From positions 1 to 60,703 of the forward strand of contig JBFMFK010000005.1 in assembly GCA_040752125.1 (NCBI GenBank): 60,703 nucleotides of DNA, written 5' to 3'. Positions 1-9,534 of the stretch are shown here, piece after piece. Origin of the DNA: Patescibacteria group bacterium. GTDB lineage: Bacteria > Patescibacteriota > Minisyncoccia > UBA9983. The notes beneath the pieces are model-generated. The model was not told the origin of the DNA, made no database searches, and worked only from the letters and a program-made list of their open reading frames with translations. The number at the start of each line of letters is the position of its first letter. The stretch's first letter is position 1. Both the position numbers and the translations under genes were made by a program.

Positions 1-1092
1 GAAGCAGCTCTGATAAAGGGCGTAAAAATATTCAGCTGCAAAAACTTAGAAGAGATATACCGTCACTTTAGTCCCAAGGAGAACTTTAGCTTAAATAATC
101 ATCCCGAAACAAAAATTAATTTTGATGATTTACAAAGAGAGATACTTTTGGATCTTTCTGATATCAAAGGTCAAGAGACGGCAAAAAGAGGATTGGAGAT
201 TGCAGCAGCTGGCGGGCACAACATTTTAATGTATGGACCAGCTGGGACAGGGAAGACAATGTTGGCCAAGGCCTTTGCCGGAATTCTGCCGCCTTTGTCC
301 CTTGATGAAATTTTAGAAACAACCATGATTCATAGTGTGGCGGGGTTATTGGAGGGGCCGTTTTTAACCCAAAGACCTTTCCGCAGTCCGCATCATACTG
401 CCTCTTATGTGGCCTTAGTTGGAGGTGGAGCATATCCAAGACCTGGTGAAATTACCTTAAGTCATCGCGGTGTTCTTTTTCTGGATGAATTCCCTGAATT
501 TGAAAGAAGAGTGATTGAAGCTTTGCGCCAACCCCTAGAAGAGGGGAATATCAATATTTCTCGCGCAAAAGAATCTTTGACCTTTTCTGCAAGATTTATC
601 TTAATCTGTGCCATGAATCCATGCCCTTGCGGCAATCTGGGATCAAAGACAAAACCCTGTGTCTGTTCTCAGGGTGCCCTGATGAAATACCAGAGAAAAA
701 TCTCAGGCCCAATTATGGACAGAATTGATTTATGGCTGGAAGTTCCCAAGATAGAGCACGAGAAATTATCAGATATTAGAACAACAGGAGAATCTTCAAA
801 AGAGATTCAGCAAAGAGTAATAAAAGCCAGAGAAGTCCAAAGAAAGAGATTTAGCGGGTATCATAAAGAAATTCTCGCCAACAGTGAGATGGGAGTAAAA
901 GAGTTGAAAAAATTTTGCTTATTATCTGGCAATGTGACCAATATTCTCAATCAAGCTGCCAGGCGTCTAGACTTATCTGCTCGCGCCTATCATCGAATAA
1001 TAAAAATCAGCCGCACCATTGCTGATTTGGAAGGATCAACAGAAATAAAAGAACAACATATCTTAGAGGCTTTGCAATATAGACCAAAATAA
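1..1092 (+). CDS. comM: ComM/YifB-family Mg-chelatase-like AAA+ ATPase; the 5' end lies outside the window
   Basis: Frame 1 is open from base 1 (EAALIKGVKIF...) into the tracked ORF. Walker A GPAGTGKT, Walker B LFLDEFPEF, Cys cluster CPCG..CVC, and a C-terminal HRIIKISRTIADLEG block typical of ComM/YifB. Confidence 0.85.
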   Translation, partial: EAALIKGVKIFSCKNLEEIYRHFSPKENFSLNNHPETKINFDDLQREILLDLSDIKGQETAKRGLEIAAAGGHNILMYGPAGTGKTMLAKAFAGILPPLSLDEILETTMIHSVAGLLEGPFLTQRPFRSPHHTASYVALVGGGAYPRPGEITLSHRGVLFLDEFPEFERRVIEALRQPLEEGNINISRAKESLTFSARFILICAMNPCPCGNLGSKTKPCVCSQGALMKYQRKISGPIMDRIDLWLEVPKIEHEKLSDIRTTGESSKEIQQRVIKAREVQRKRFSGYHKEILANSEMGVKELKKFCLLSGNVTNILNQAARRLDLSARAYHRIIKISRTIADLEGSTEIKEQHILEALQYRPK

Positions 1093-1102
1093 AGACACAA
1101 GT

Positions 1103-2149
1103 TTAAAAGGGATTTCTTGCACCGCGAACTTCAAAGTGGAGATGACAACCACTTGTTTTTCCTGTTAAACCGATATAACCAATGATTTGTCCTTGCACGA
1201 TGTGCCACCCCATACTGACAATGGATTTACTTAAATGGGCATAAAGAGTTTGTGTGCCGTTTGGATGAGAGAGAACAATATAGTTTCCATAACCTCCGTT
1301 CCATCCGTAATCCTTACTAATTAAGACATCACCGCTTGCTGCGGCCATTACTGGTGTGCCGCAGGAATCAGCCAAATCAACAGCATTATAACTATGATAA
1401 CTCTGTGATCTTCTACCTACCTTAACAGGTTTTAGATAATAGCCGCTATAAGTGGAAGAATTTTGAGGCACAATTTTTTTGGAACCCGAAGATTGTGTCT
1501 GGGAATTGCTTTGTTCTTCTTCAATATATTCGCCATTCGGAACAATAACGATATTGCCGGCAACAAGTTTTTCCTTTGGATTTATGTCATTAAAGTTATA
1601 TAAATCATCAACATCAACTTTGAATTTTTTGGCAATGCCCTGAGGAGTATCACCGTCTTTCACTGTATATCTGATGCCTGATACTGGGAGAATGACAATG
1701 ATTTGTCCTGGTTTGATAGCCTCACCAACCCGAAGATTATTGGCCCAACGAATGGTATTCATAGAAACATCAAACATATTGGCAATCTGGGAAATATTGT
1801 CTCCTTCCCTGACTACATAAAGACTGATTTTGTCTGTTTTTTTGCTTTTGGCATCAGGTATATCTGCAGCAGTGCCCAAAGGCCCAGAATCAGGCAAAAG
1901 AGCATTTTGGTTCACAATCGTTATATCACCGCCTCCAATTCCATAAGTAGAATCTGGCGACAAAGATCCGACCAAAAGAGACATATTTTGGGAACTAAAA
2001 ATTCTTTCATTATTAGAGGCATTGTCTGTTCCCAGAAAACTGTCTAAGAACGAAAAAATACCTGCATAAGCAGGCAGAGAATAACAAAACACAGTTGACG
2101 ACAAAAATACAGTCATCAAAATGCCTAGGAATTTCCTAATGAATTTCAA
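1103..2149 (-). CDS. Secreted LysM-domain peptidoglycan endopeptidase (peptidase M23)
   Basis: N-terminal signal/TM segment. Two LysM-like repeats (YVVREGDNISQIANMF..., YTVKDGDTPQGIAKKF...). M23 motifs (YNAVDLA, HLHFEV) at the C-terminus. Confidence 0.85.
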   Translation of the reverse strand: MKFIRKFLGILMTVFLSSTVFCYSLPAYAGIFSFLDSFLGTDNASNNERIFSSQNMSLLVGSLSPDSTYGIGGGDITIVNQNALLPDSGPLGTAADIPDAKSKKTDKISLYVVREGDNISQIANMFDVSMNTIRWANNLRVGEAIKPGQIIVILPVSGIRYTVKDGDTPQGIAKKFKVDVDDLYNFNDINPKEKLVAGNIVIVPNGEYIEEEQSNSQTQSSGSKKIVPQNSSTYSGYYLKPVKVGRRSQSYHSYNAVDLADSCGTPVMAAASGDVLISKDYGWNGGYGNYIVLSHPNGTQTLYAHLSKSIVSMGWHIVQGQIIGYIGLTGKTSGCHLHFEVRGARNPF

Positions 2150-2347
2150 TATTTGACCCCTTTCTTCGCATTTAGCATCTGGATTATCTCTTTGAGAGGG
2201 GCTTTTTGAGTTTGTATAAATAAGCCTAAATATAAGGTGTCCCCAGCAATTATCCGAAAAAACGGCTTAAAATAAGGTTTTGTAGGGATAAACCGCTTGA
2301 AACACATTATTAATTTTACCGCAGATTCTTTTTTAAAGTCTAATTAG

Positions 2348-2356
2348 TTATCCACA
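2348..2356 (+). promoter_or_regulatory. Perfect DnaA-box consensus TTATCCACA, 18 nt upstream of the pcrA -10 box
   Basis: Exact 9-mer read in the sequence, in an intergenic position. Function unproven. Confidence 0.3.
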
Positions 2357-2385
2357 GATATCTTCTTATGTTATATGATAGTTGT

Positions 2386-4293
2386 ATGGATTTATTACAA
2401 GGACTCAATGAGGCTCAAAAAGAGGCAGTTTTGTATAGAGAAGGCCCACTTTTGGTTTTGGCTGGTGCTGGAGCTGGTAAGACAAGGGTTATCAGCCACC
2501 GGGTGGTTCAGTTGATTAAACAAGGCATTGAGCCAAACAGAATTTTGGCCATTACCTTTACCAACAAGGCAGCAGAAGAGATGAAAGAAAGAATCAATAA
2601 ATTATTACGAGTTATGAGTCATGAGTTACACATTGCTCCATTTGTCAGCACCTTCCATTCTCTTTGTGTTTTTATTCTAAGAAAGAGCGGAAAGGATATG
2701 AATGTGCCTAAAAATTTTTCTATTTTAGACAGCGAAGACAGTCTTTCAATTATTAAATCATCAATGAAAGAATTGAATATTAACGTCAGGCAATTTCAGC
2801 CAAGCAGAGTGCAATCCATTATCTCACGTTATAAAGGCGACCTCATCACTATGGAAGAATTTAGAAGCACTCTTGGAGAGGATTTTTTTCCAAAAACCAT
2901 TGGTTTGATTTGGGGAAGATATGAAGACCACCTAAAAAGAAATCAGGCTCTAGACTTTGACGATCTGATTTTAAAGACGGTGATGCTTTTTCAAAAAAAT
3001 GAAAATATAAGAAAGCACTATCAAAATTTTTGGCAATACATTCTTATTGATGAATATCAGGATACAAACAGGGCGCAATATGAACTTTCAAAGATTTTAG
3101 CAGCAGGTCATAAAAATATCTGCGCCATTGGTGATATTGATCAGGCAATCTATGGATGGCGTGGAGCAGATTTTAGAAACATTATAAATTTTGAAAAAGA
3201 TTTTCCTGAACACAGAACAATTCTGTTTGAAGAAAATTATCGGTCCACTCAAAATATCCTAGAAGCAGCGGCAAGGGTGATTGAAAAAAATAAACTAAGG
3301 AAACCCAAGGGGCTTTTTTCTAAAAAGGAAAAAGGCAGAACCCTCTCTTTTTTTGAGGCAATGACAGAGGAAGAGGAGGCAGAATTTATTGTTCACAAAT
3401 CCAAAGAATTATTAAAAAAAATCGAACCATCAGAGATAGCAATTTTGTACCGGGCCAATTTCCAGTCAAGAATTATTGAAGAGAAATTTTTACAACACGG
3501 CATTCCTTATCAGGTTTTGGGCATTCAATTCTATGAGAGAAAAGAGGTGAAAGATATTTTTGCCTTCCTCAAAGCGGCTCTTAACCCGAAAGATCTTCTA
3601 AGTATAAAGAGAATAATCAATATTCCTCCAAGGGGGTTGGGTAAGGCGACAATTTTGAATTATTTTGCCTCTAAAAAAATACCTAAAGAAGCAGAAGAAA
3701 AACTAAACTCTTTTTTAAAAATTTTGGGGGGAATAAAAGAAAAAGCCGAAAAATCAAAACCTTCGGAGCTAATTCGTTATACCCTAAAAGAATCAGGATA
3801 TCAGAAAGAGTTGGAAAAAGGGAATGATGAGAATAGGGAACGGTTGGAAAATCTAAAAGAATTGGTAACTATTGCCAGCCGCTATGATCATTTTCGTCCC
3901 TTGGAAGGGATTGAAAAAATGTTGGCTGATGCTGCCTTAATGAGCGAGCAAGATGCTTTAATAAAAAAACAGGAAGCAGTAAAATTGATGACTGTTCATG
4001 CCGCCAAAGGACTTGAATTCAAAATTGTTTTTATCATCGGGCTTGAAGAAGGCTTGTTCCCCCATTCCGGACATGGAGATAATATTGCTGATAAAAATGA
4101 AGAAGAGAGGCGGCTTTTTTATGTTGCCTTGACGCGTGCCAAAGAAAAAATTTTTTTATCCTTTAGTGTTTCGCGCACAATCTTTGGAGCCAGACAGTTA
4201 AATTTGCCCTCTAAATTTCTTTCAGATATACCTGATCATCTTTTAGAAATAGAGAAATTTCCTAAAAAGGAAGAGATTATAGAGTATTTATAA
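2386..4293 (+). CDS. pcrA: UvrD/PcrA-family ATP-dependent DNA helicase
   Basis: Motifs LAGAGAGKTRVI (Walker A), IDEYQDT, TVHAAKGLEF, YVALTRA. The start is placed at MDLLQGLNEAQ (ATG 2386), 6 nt after TATGAT. The tracked ORF begins at 2368. Confidence 0.85.
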   Translation: MDLLQGLNEAQKEAVLYREGPLLVLAGAGAGKTRVISHRVVQLIKQGIEPNRILAITFTNKAAEEMKERINKLLRVMSHELHIAPFVSTFHSLCVFILRKSGKDMNVPKNFSILDSEDSLSIIKSSMKELNINVRQFQPSRVQSIISRYKGDLITMEEFRSTLGEDFFPKTIGLIWGRYEDHLKRNQALDFDDLILKTVMLFQKNENIRKHYQNFWQYILIDEYQDTNRAQYELSKILAAGHKNICAIGDIDQAIYGWRGADFRNIINFEKDFPEHRTILFEENYRSTQNILEAAARVIEKNKLRKPKGLFSKKEKGRTLSFFEAMTEEEEAEFIVHKSKELLKKIEPSEIAILYRANFQSRIIEEKFLQHGIPYQVLGIQFYERKEVKDIFAFLKAALNPKDLLSIKRIINIPPRGLGKATILNYFASKKIPKEAEEKLNSFLKILGGIKEKAEKSKPSELIRYTLKESGYQKELEKGNDENRERLENLKELVTIASRYDHFRPLEGIEKMLADAALMSEQDALIKKQEAVKLMTVHAAKGLEFKIVFIIGLEEGLFPHSGHGDNIADKNEEERRLFYVALTRAKEKIFLSFSVSRTIFGARQLNLPSKFLSDIPDHLLEIEKFPKKEEIIEYL

Positions 4294-4294
4294 A

Positions 4295-5065
4295 ATGATG
4301 AAAACGAATAAAATTTTAGGACAGCACTTCCTCAAATCAAAGAAAATCATTAAAAATATCATTAAAGCCGCTGAATTAAAAGAAGAAGACGCGGTTTTGG
4401 AGATTGGGCCTGGTAGGGGAATTTTGACTGAAGAATTAATTAAACATAGCGGCAAGGTAATAGCCATTGAGAAAGATAAAAGATTAGCAGAATATTTAAG
4501 GACAAAATTCAGCGATAGCATAAAAATGTCACAATTAAAGGTGATTCATGGAGATATATTAAAAATTAAAAACCAATTTCGCCAAGTTGGGACAAAATTC
4601 AAAATTGTTGCAAATATCCCGTATTATTTAACTTCAAAATTATTTAGACAATTTCTTCAATCAGATTTTCAGCCATCCAAAATAGTTTTTATGGTCCAAA
4701 GAGAAGTGGCCGAAAGAATAGTGGCCAGAGGCGGGAAAGAAAGTATTCTCTCCATCAGTATTAAAGTCTACGGCAAGCCAAAAATTATATGTAATGTTCC
4801 AGCAAAATATTTTTCCCCAAAACCAAGAGTGCATTCCGCAATTCTCCTTATAGATAATATCTCCAAAAATTTTTTTAGAGATATCAATGAAAAAAACTTT
4901 TTTAATCTCGTAAAAAAAGGGTTTTCCAGCAAGCGTAAATTATTAAAGAATAATCTTATGTCAGACACTCGGTATCTAAGAGAGTGTAAAATTTCAGAAA
5001 GGGCCCGGGCAGAAAATTTATCTCCCAAGGATTGGAAATGCCTTCTAAAAACCCTGAAATTATGA
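4295..5065 (+). CDS. rsmA: 16S rRNA (adenine1518/1519-N6)-dimethyltransferase
   Basis: LGQHFL and EIGPGRGILT SAM-binding motifs, NIPYY motif. Length is typical of KsgA/RsmA. Confidence 0.9.
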   Translation: MMKTNKILGQHFLKSKKIIKNIIKAAELKEEDAVLEIGPGRGILTEELIKHSGKVIAIEKDKRLAEYLRTKFSDSIKMSQLKVIHGDILKIKNQFRQVGTKFKIVANIPYYLTSKLFRQFLQSDFQPSKIVFMVQREVAERIVARGGKESILSISIKVYGKPKIICNVPAKYFSPKPRVHSAILLIDNISKNFFRDINEKNFFNLVKKGFSSKRKLLKNNLMSDTRYLRECKISERARAENLSPKDWKCLLKTLKL

Positions 5066-6649
5066 AAAAATTTACCATCTTCTTTGTTTTGTTTTTGTCC
5101 TCTTCTTTTCTTCTTGATTTGGCCTTTGAAAAATCTAATTTTTGGATCCTTGTCCTAATTGGCCTTATCCCCTTATTTTTATTTATTGAATGGTCAAAGA
5201 ATTGGAAAAGAGCCTTTTGGGGAGGATGGCTTCAGGGAATGATTTTTTTTGGCATTTCGTTCCGTTGGCTTTTTTCTATCTTTCCTAATGAAACACTTGG
5301 TTTAACCAGCGATTTAAAGGGTTATTTATTTATTTTTTTTGTATGGTTTATCCTTTTTACTAGCAGTGCTTTTGCTTTTGGGCTTTTTGCTGGCACTGTA
5401 AACTGTAAAATTTCTTAAGGTTTTTGATTGGAAAAAGTACCAGATGCTTTTATCAATCCCAGTCATATGGATGATTACAGAATATCTCAGGGCATGGATT
5501 TTTAGCATAGTTACCTGGGGTAAGGGCGCACTTCTCGGTCCTTTTTGGACGTTTTCGCATCTTGGTTATATTTTGGCAGACACGCCAATCTTTTATTTAT
5601 CACGTAGCATTGGCCTCTATGGATTAAGTTTTATTGTGGCAATGATGAATGTTATAATTTTTTTATTAATTAAGAACGGGAAATTAAAAATTATAATTTT
5701 GTTATTAATGATTTTCTTTGGTGTCAGTTATTTTTATGTCCATCTTTTTTCTAAAGAGAATCATATTGACAGTCAATCATCAATTAAGGTGATGCTTCTT
5801 AGTATTCCGGCAAGCGATGCCTCTTTTTATCGCGAAGGTTTTTTAAAAATACTTGATGATGAAAAAATAACTTCTGATAATCAGCCGAACATTGTTCTTT
5901 TCCCTGAAGGACTCTCTTTTTTAAGTTTGTATGGAGAATTGGAAAGGCCGGTTTTAGAAAAAATTTTTCCGAACCAAGAAAGAAACGGCTATGTTATTGC
6001 TAACAAAATGTCATTTACAGAGAGAGGAAGAATAAGCGAGATTGTTTACCGTGACCAAAAAGGAAATTTGATAAAAAGGCAAGAAAAAAATTTCTTAATT
6101 CCTGCTGGAGAAGTATTGCCCTTGGGCTTAAAAATTTTCTCAAAAATTATCCATGCAGAAAATAACATAAAATCCTTCTCGGCCAATCGAGAATTAGCAA
6201 GCGGCGCAGGAAACAAAGCAGTTAGTTTGGGCAAGATGAAAATAGGGGCATTTTTATGTTCAGAATTATTATCGCCATTGTTTTCTCGTCTTCTCGTTAA
6301 TGATGGCGCCCAAATTATCTTTAATTCTTCAAGCCACTCTTTATGGCGAGGCAATCAGCGTCTGGATAGAGAGTTGGAATTAATGGCAAGATTTGTGGCT
6401 ATGTCCAATAAAAGATACTTTTTGCAGTCAACTTTTGATGGCCCAATATATGCAATAAATACAAGGGGTTTTATTTTTCAAAAGTTCTTTGGCCAACTTC
6501 CATCCATTAGTTTGGTTGCAGCAGGATTGGAGAACAGCAAAACCTTAACAACTCGCACAGGCGATACCCCTATAATTTTATCAGGATTGTTGGTTTTGGT
6601 TATTTTTATATATCACAGCCGCAGATTCCGGTCATTGGATCCCAAATAG
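5062..6649 (+). pseudogene. lnt: Apolipoprotein N-acyltransferase (Lnt)-like gene split by a frame change near 5400
   Basis: The N-terminal polytopic part is in frame 1 (ATG 5062 overlapping the rsmA stop as ATGA, stop at 5416-5418). The remainder is in frame 2, open from 5402. That part carries the TEYLRAWIF..W membrane motif and a C-N hydrolase domain (LFPEG, CSELL). Combined length is about 520 aa, as in Lnt. Confidence 0.6.
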
Positions 6650-7253
6650 CATTGCAGCATGCACAAACTGCATTTAAGCATCCACAAGGAGCCTTTCCGC
6701 AAAAACAAGCACAACAAGGTGCCCAAAGATTGACTCCAGGTATAGGGCCTATGCCTGCACCGGGTTTAGCGCAGATCTGCGCTTCTGTTTTTTCCCCAAA
6801 GACTATTTTTTTAATTAAATCAAAAAGATTGGAAGAGGATTGGGTTTGATTATTTCCTCTGCATGAGGATGAGACAAAATGAGGGGATTGTTTGATGCTT
6901 AAAGGCAGGAGGCCGCTCCGATAATTTGCAGCCTCAATCTCGTTTATCTTTTTCCATTCTGCAAGGCCTGTAGCAAGAAACCGGTCCGCATCTTCTTGGG
7001 GTATCATATTATGATCTTTAAGATAGATTATTGCTTTTTGGGCGAATTCAAAAATCTCTTCTTGATTTTGAAAAGAAACCCGGCTTTCAGTTTTAATAGA
7101 TTTTTCATCTACAAGCATATCCTGCCAGTGAGAAAGGAGGTCTCTATATGATTGAGGATACATTTTCTGGAAAATTTTTTGTTCAAGCTGAGGATCAAGC
7201 GGCGAGACCTTGTAAATCAGCTTAGAACTTTCAATTGGCTTGTTTTCAGGCAA
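6606..7253 (-). CDS. Hypothetical protein with an extremely Cys-rich C-terminal tail
   Basis: 215-aa ORF with no signal peptide. The last ~58 residues contain 12 Cys (..APCCACFCGKAPCGCLNAVCACCNAIWDPMTGICGCDI). The 3' end overlaps the convergent lnt 3' end by 44 nt. Confidence 0.5.
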   Translation of the reverse strand: MPENKPIESSKLIYKVSPLDPQLEQKIFQKMYPQSYRDLLSHWQDMLVDEKSIKTESRVSFQNQEEIFEFAQKAIIYLKDHNMIPQEDADRFLATGLAEWKKINEIEAANYRSGLLPLSIKQSPHFVSSSCRGNNQTQSSSNLFDLIKKIVFGEKTEAQICAKPGAGIGPIPGVNLWAPCCACFCGKAPCGCLNAVCACCNAIWDPMTGICGCDI

Positions 7254-7507
7254 TGTCTCCTCAATTGTTTCTGACTTCCTATTAAAGTAAAGGAAAAAGT
7301 TTTTCCTTTTTCAAAAAAGCGCTGCAGAGCTTGGCTCTTAAAGATTTCATTTTTTTGCTGATCACTGCTGTAAATATCATTTCTTGCCGGAATTTGTTCT
7401 TTGGTGCTAATATTGTTTTCCCTATTAAAAATAAAAAACAGGGCCAAAATTAAAAGAATTAAGACAACAACTGTGGCAATGATTATGAGTTTTGTCTTTT
7501 TGGACAT
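7217..7507 (-). CDS. Small N-terminally membrane-anchored protein
   Basis: MSKKTKLIIIATVVVLILLILALFFIF anchor. TGcTATAAT promoter-like box on the minus strand, 12 nt upstream of the ATG. No family recognised. Confidence 0.45.
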   Translation of the reverse strand: MSKKTKLIIIATVVVLILLILALFFIFNRENNISTKEQIPARNDIYSSDQQKNEIFKSQALQRFFEKGKTFSFTLIGSQKQLRRHCLKTSQLKVLS

Positions 7508-7646
7508 AACTTAATAACAATTATAGCACTTTTTTGAAAAGAGAATTAAAATATCCACAGCCAGGTTAATTTTTTAAGTTTTTCTCAAAAAAAGTGCTAT
7601 AATTTAAAAAGGCAGAGGTTTAAAAACGGCCTTAAGCCGATATATT

Positions 7647-8627
7647 TTGGATTATCTTCCTACAAAAAAATTTGTTCTTATTTTACTTTTGCTTCTTATC
7701 ATTGGAGGAGGGGCGTTTTTGTTATTTAAAAAATGGGATCAGGTAAGAGAAAAAAACCCTTTTCTCAAAAATCAGGAATCCAATCTCGCAATGATCAAGG
7801 GAGCCCAAATAGATTCTGACAATGATGGATTAAAAAACTGGGAGGAAATTTTATGGAGAACCAATCCTGATAATCCTGACACAGACAGCGACGGTCTTTT
7901 TGATGGCGAGGAAGTAAGACTTAATAAAAATCCCCTCAAACCCGGACCCAATGATTCTTTAAGCGATGTGAAAAAAGATTTGGGTGAAAATGCAACAACA
8001 TTGCAAAATCCACCAGAGAATCTTTCACAAACAGAGTCTCTGGCAAGAAGTCTTCTCTCTTCCTATTTTCTTCTCAAACAAGAGGGAAACTGGAATGAGG
8101 AGACACAGCAAAAACTTGTAGATGCAGCTCTGAAGACGATTACTCAAGACGATTTTAAAAATGAATACTCTCTTGCCAATATAAAAATCATTAAAGACAA
8201 CAGCACCCAGAATTTAAAAAATTATGGCAATGAAATTGTTGAGACAATGAACAGGGATTCAATCAATATTACAGAAAATGAACTGACTGTTCTTAATCGC
8301 ATTACCACCAAAAAAGAGCCAGTTGAAGAATTTGATGTTTTTATTGACTCCTACAATAAAATTATCAATGACCTTCTTAAACTGGCAGCCCCTTCAGATA
8401 TTGCTGAATTGCATTTAAATTTGATTAATAATTTTTTTAAGATCAGGACGAGCGTGGAGAAGATGAAGCAAATAAATAACGACCCCTTAGCAGGATATGC
8501 TGGATTGAATTTATACACCACAGCTGCCAAGGAAATTTATTCAACCAAAAGGGCAATAGCCGATTTTTTTAAAAACAGAGGAATTGTCTTTACGGAAAAT
8601 GAACCAGGTAATTTTTTTAATAATTAA
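7647..8627 (+). CDS. Membrane-anchored protein with thrombospondin type-3-like Ca-binding repeats (first gene of the T4SS-like locus)
   Basis: TTG start in the track. N-terminal TM segment. DSDNDGLKNWEE..NPDNPDTDSDGLFDGEE Asp-rich repeats. Confidence 0.55.
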   Translation: MDYLPTKKFVLILLLLLIIGGGAFLLFKKWDQVREKNPFLKNQESNLAMIKGAQIDSDNDGLKNWEEILWRTNPDNPDTDSDGLFDGEEVRLNKNPLKPGPNDSLSDVKKDLGENATTLQNPPENLSQTESLARSLLSSYFLLKQEGNWNEETQQKLVDAALKTITQDDFKNEYSLANIKIIKDNSTQNLKNYGNEIVETMNRDSINITENELTVLNRITTKKEPVEEFDVFIDSYNKIINDLLKLAAPSDIAELHLNLINNFFKIRTSVEKMKQINNDPLAGYAGLNLYTTAAKEIYSTKRAIADFFKNRGIVFTENEPGNFFNN

Positions 8628-8645
8628 TTTTAATGATTTAAATAT

Positions 8646-9506
8646 ATGCAAATAAAAAAAATATTTATCATCCTTTTGATAACAGTGGTTTTGCTGACAT
8701 CTGAATTTTTGAATATCCAGAGAGCAGAGGCAGCCGTGCCTGTGTTTGAAATCGGAGCTAATTTGGCTGTCAATACCATCACCCTTGCAATGACCACTGA
8801 ATTGCAACTAAAAGAGTGGGTTACGGATTTGCTGGCTTGGGTTGCGACCACAAAAATTTTGGAAATTTTCACGCAGATGACTGTTAATTGGATTAATTCA
8901 GGGTTTAATGGCAGTCCCACTTTTGTAACCAATCCCCAGAGTTATTTTACTGATCTTTTTGATGAATCTACCAGAATCTTTTTAAATGAAGTAAGTCAGA
9001 CAAGTTCTCCATTTGCCAATACTATGACCCAGCTTTTTCAGGCTCATCAATCCTATGCAACATCTCCTAATTCTTTTCAAACAACAATGAGCAGGAATCA
9101 GCTACCTAATCTTCAGCAGTTTTACGGAGATTTTTCAGCTGGCGGTTGGAATAGCTGGCTGCAAATGGTGGATAATCCTTCTAATAATCCTTATGATGCC
9201 TATCTCCGTTCTCATGATGAATGGCAGAGAAGAAGTCAGATTACTATGGAAAGAGGGAAGAATGAGCTTCAGCAGGGACAGGGATTTTTAACTCTCAAGG
9301 AATGTGCGCAAGAAGATAATGCAGGTAATTGTATTGACTGGCAAAACACCACTCCGGGCAAAGTGATTGTTGATAATCTTAGCAAGGCCTTGGGAATGCC
9401 AATGGAAAGAATAGCCAATGCTGATGAGCTTCAAGAAGTAATTGGAGACATATTGACTGACTTAGTCAATCAATTGATTAATCAGGGTTTGAGATACATT
9501 AGTTAA
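8646..9506 (+). CDS. Secreted hypothetical protein (T4SS-like locus)
   Basis: Signal peptide ending in ..QRAEA|AVP. No recognisable family. Co-directional and closely spaced with its neighbours. Confidence 0.55.
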   Translation: MQIKKIFIILLITVVLLTSEFLNIQRAEAAVPVFEIGANLAVNTITLAMTTELQLKEWVTDLLAWVATTKILEIFTQMTVNWINSGFNGSPTFVTNPQSYFTDLFDESTRIFLNEVSQTSSPFANTMTQLFQAHQSYATSPNSFQTTMSRNQLPNLQQFYGDFSAGGWNSWLQMVDNPSNNPYDAYLRSHDEWQRRSQITMERGKNELQQGQGFLTLKECAQEDNAGNCIDWQNTTPGKVIVDNLSKALGMPMERIANADELQEVIGDILTDLVNQLINQGLRYIS

Positions 9507-9534
9507 TCCAGAATGATAGATTTTTAAATTTTTT

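Noticed and set aside
164-439. Numerous 60-150-aa ORFs in the track that lie antisense to or nested within long annotated genes. Examples: 164-439, 1703-2047, 4288-4521, 6046-6354, 8541-8932, 10068-10536, 14024-14435, 17606-17848, 19391-19606, 21524-21971, 24820-25125, 42517-42939, 44240-44799, 50081-50683, 53224-55041, 58217-59187, 59516-59867.
   Set aside because: Each lies inside a longer ORF that has clear family motifs. Their translations are low-complexity or hydrophobic nonsense typical of shadow frames in A+T-rich DNA. None has its own promoter-like box or conserved motif.
5063-5065. Alternative genetic code (UGA recoding, as in some candidate phyla).
   Set aside because: TGA cleanly terminates rsmA (5063-5065) and smpB (49064-49066) at the positions expected from homologs. 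Long ORFs are not interrupted by in-frame TGA.
6606-7507. Calling the Cys-rich ORF and its neighbour a RiPP biosynthetic gene cluster.
   Set aside because: No maturase, protease or exporter gene (radical SAM, YcaO, LanB/C/M, ABC-C39) lies within several kb. Only the precursor-like architecture is present, so it is reported as an orphan observation instead.
2348-7559. Replication origin inferred from the DnaA-box matches.
   Set aside because: The boxes are single and tens of kb apart rather than clustered. No dnaA, dnaN or adjacent A+T-rich unwinding element is present.
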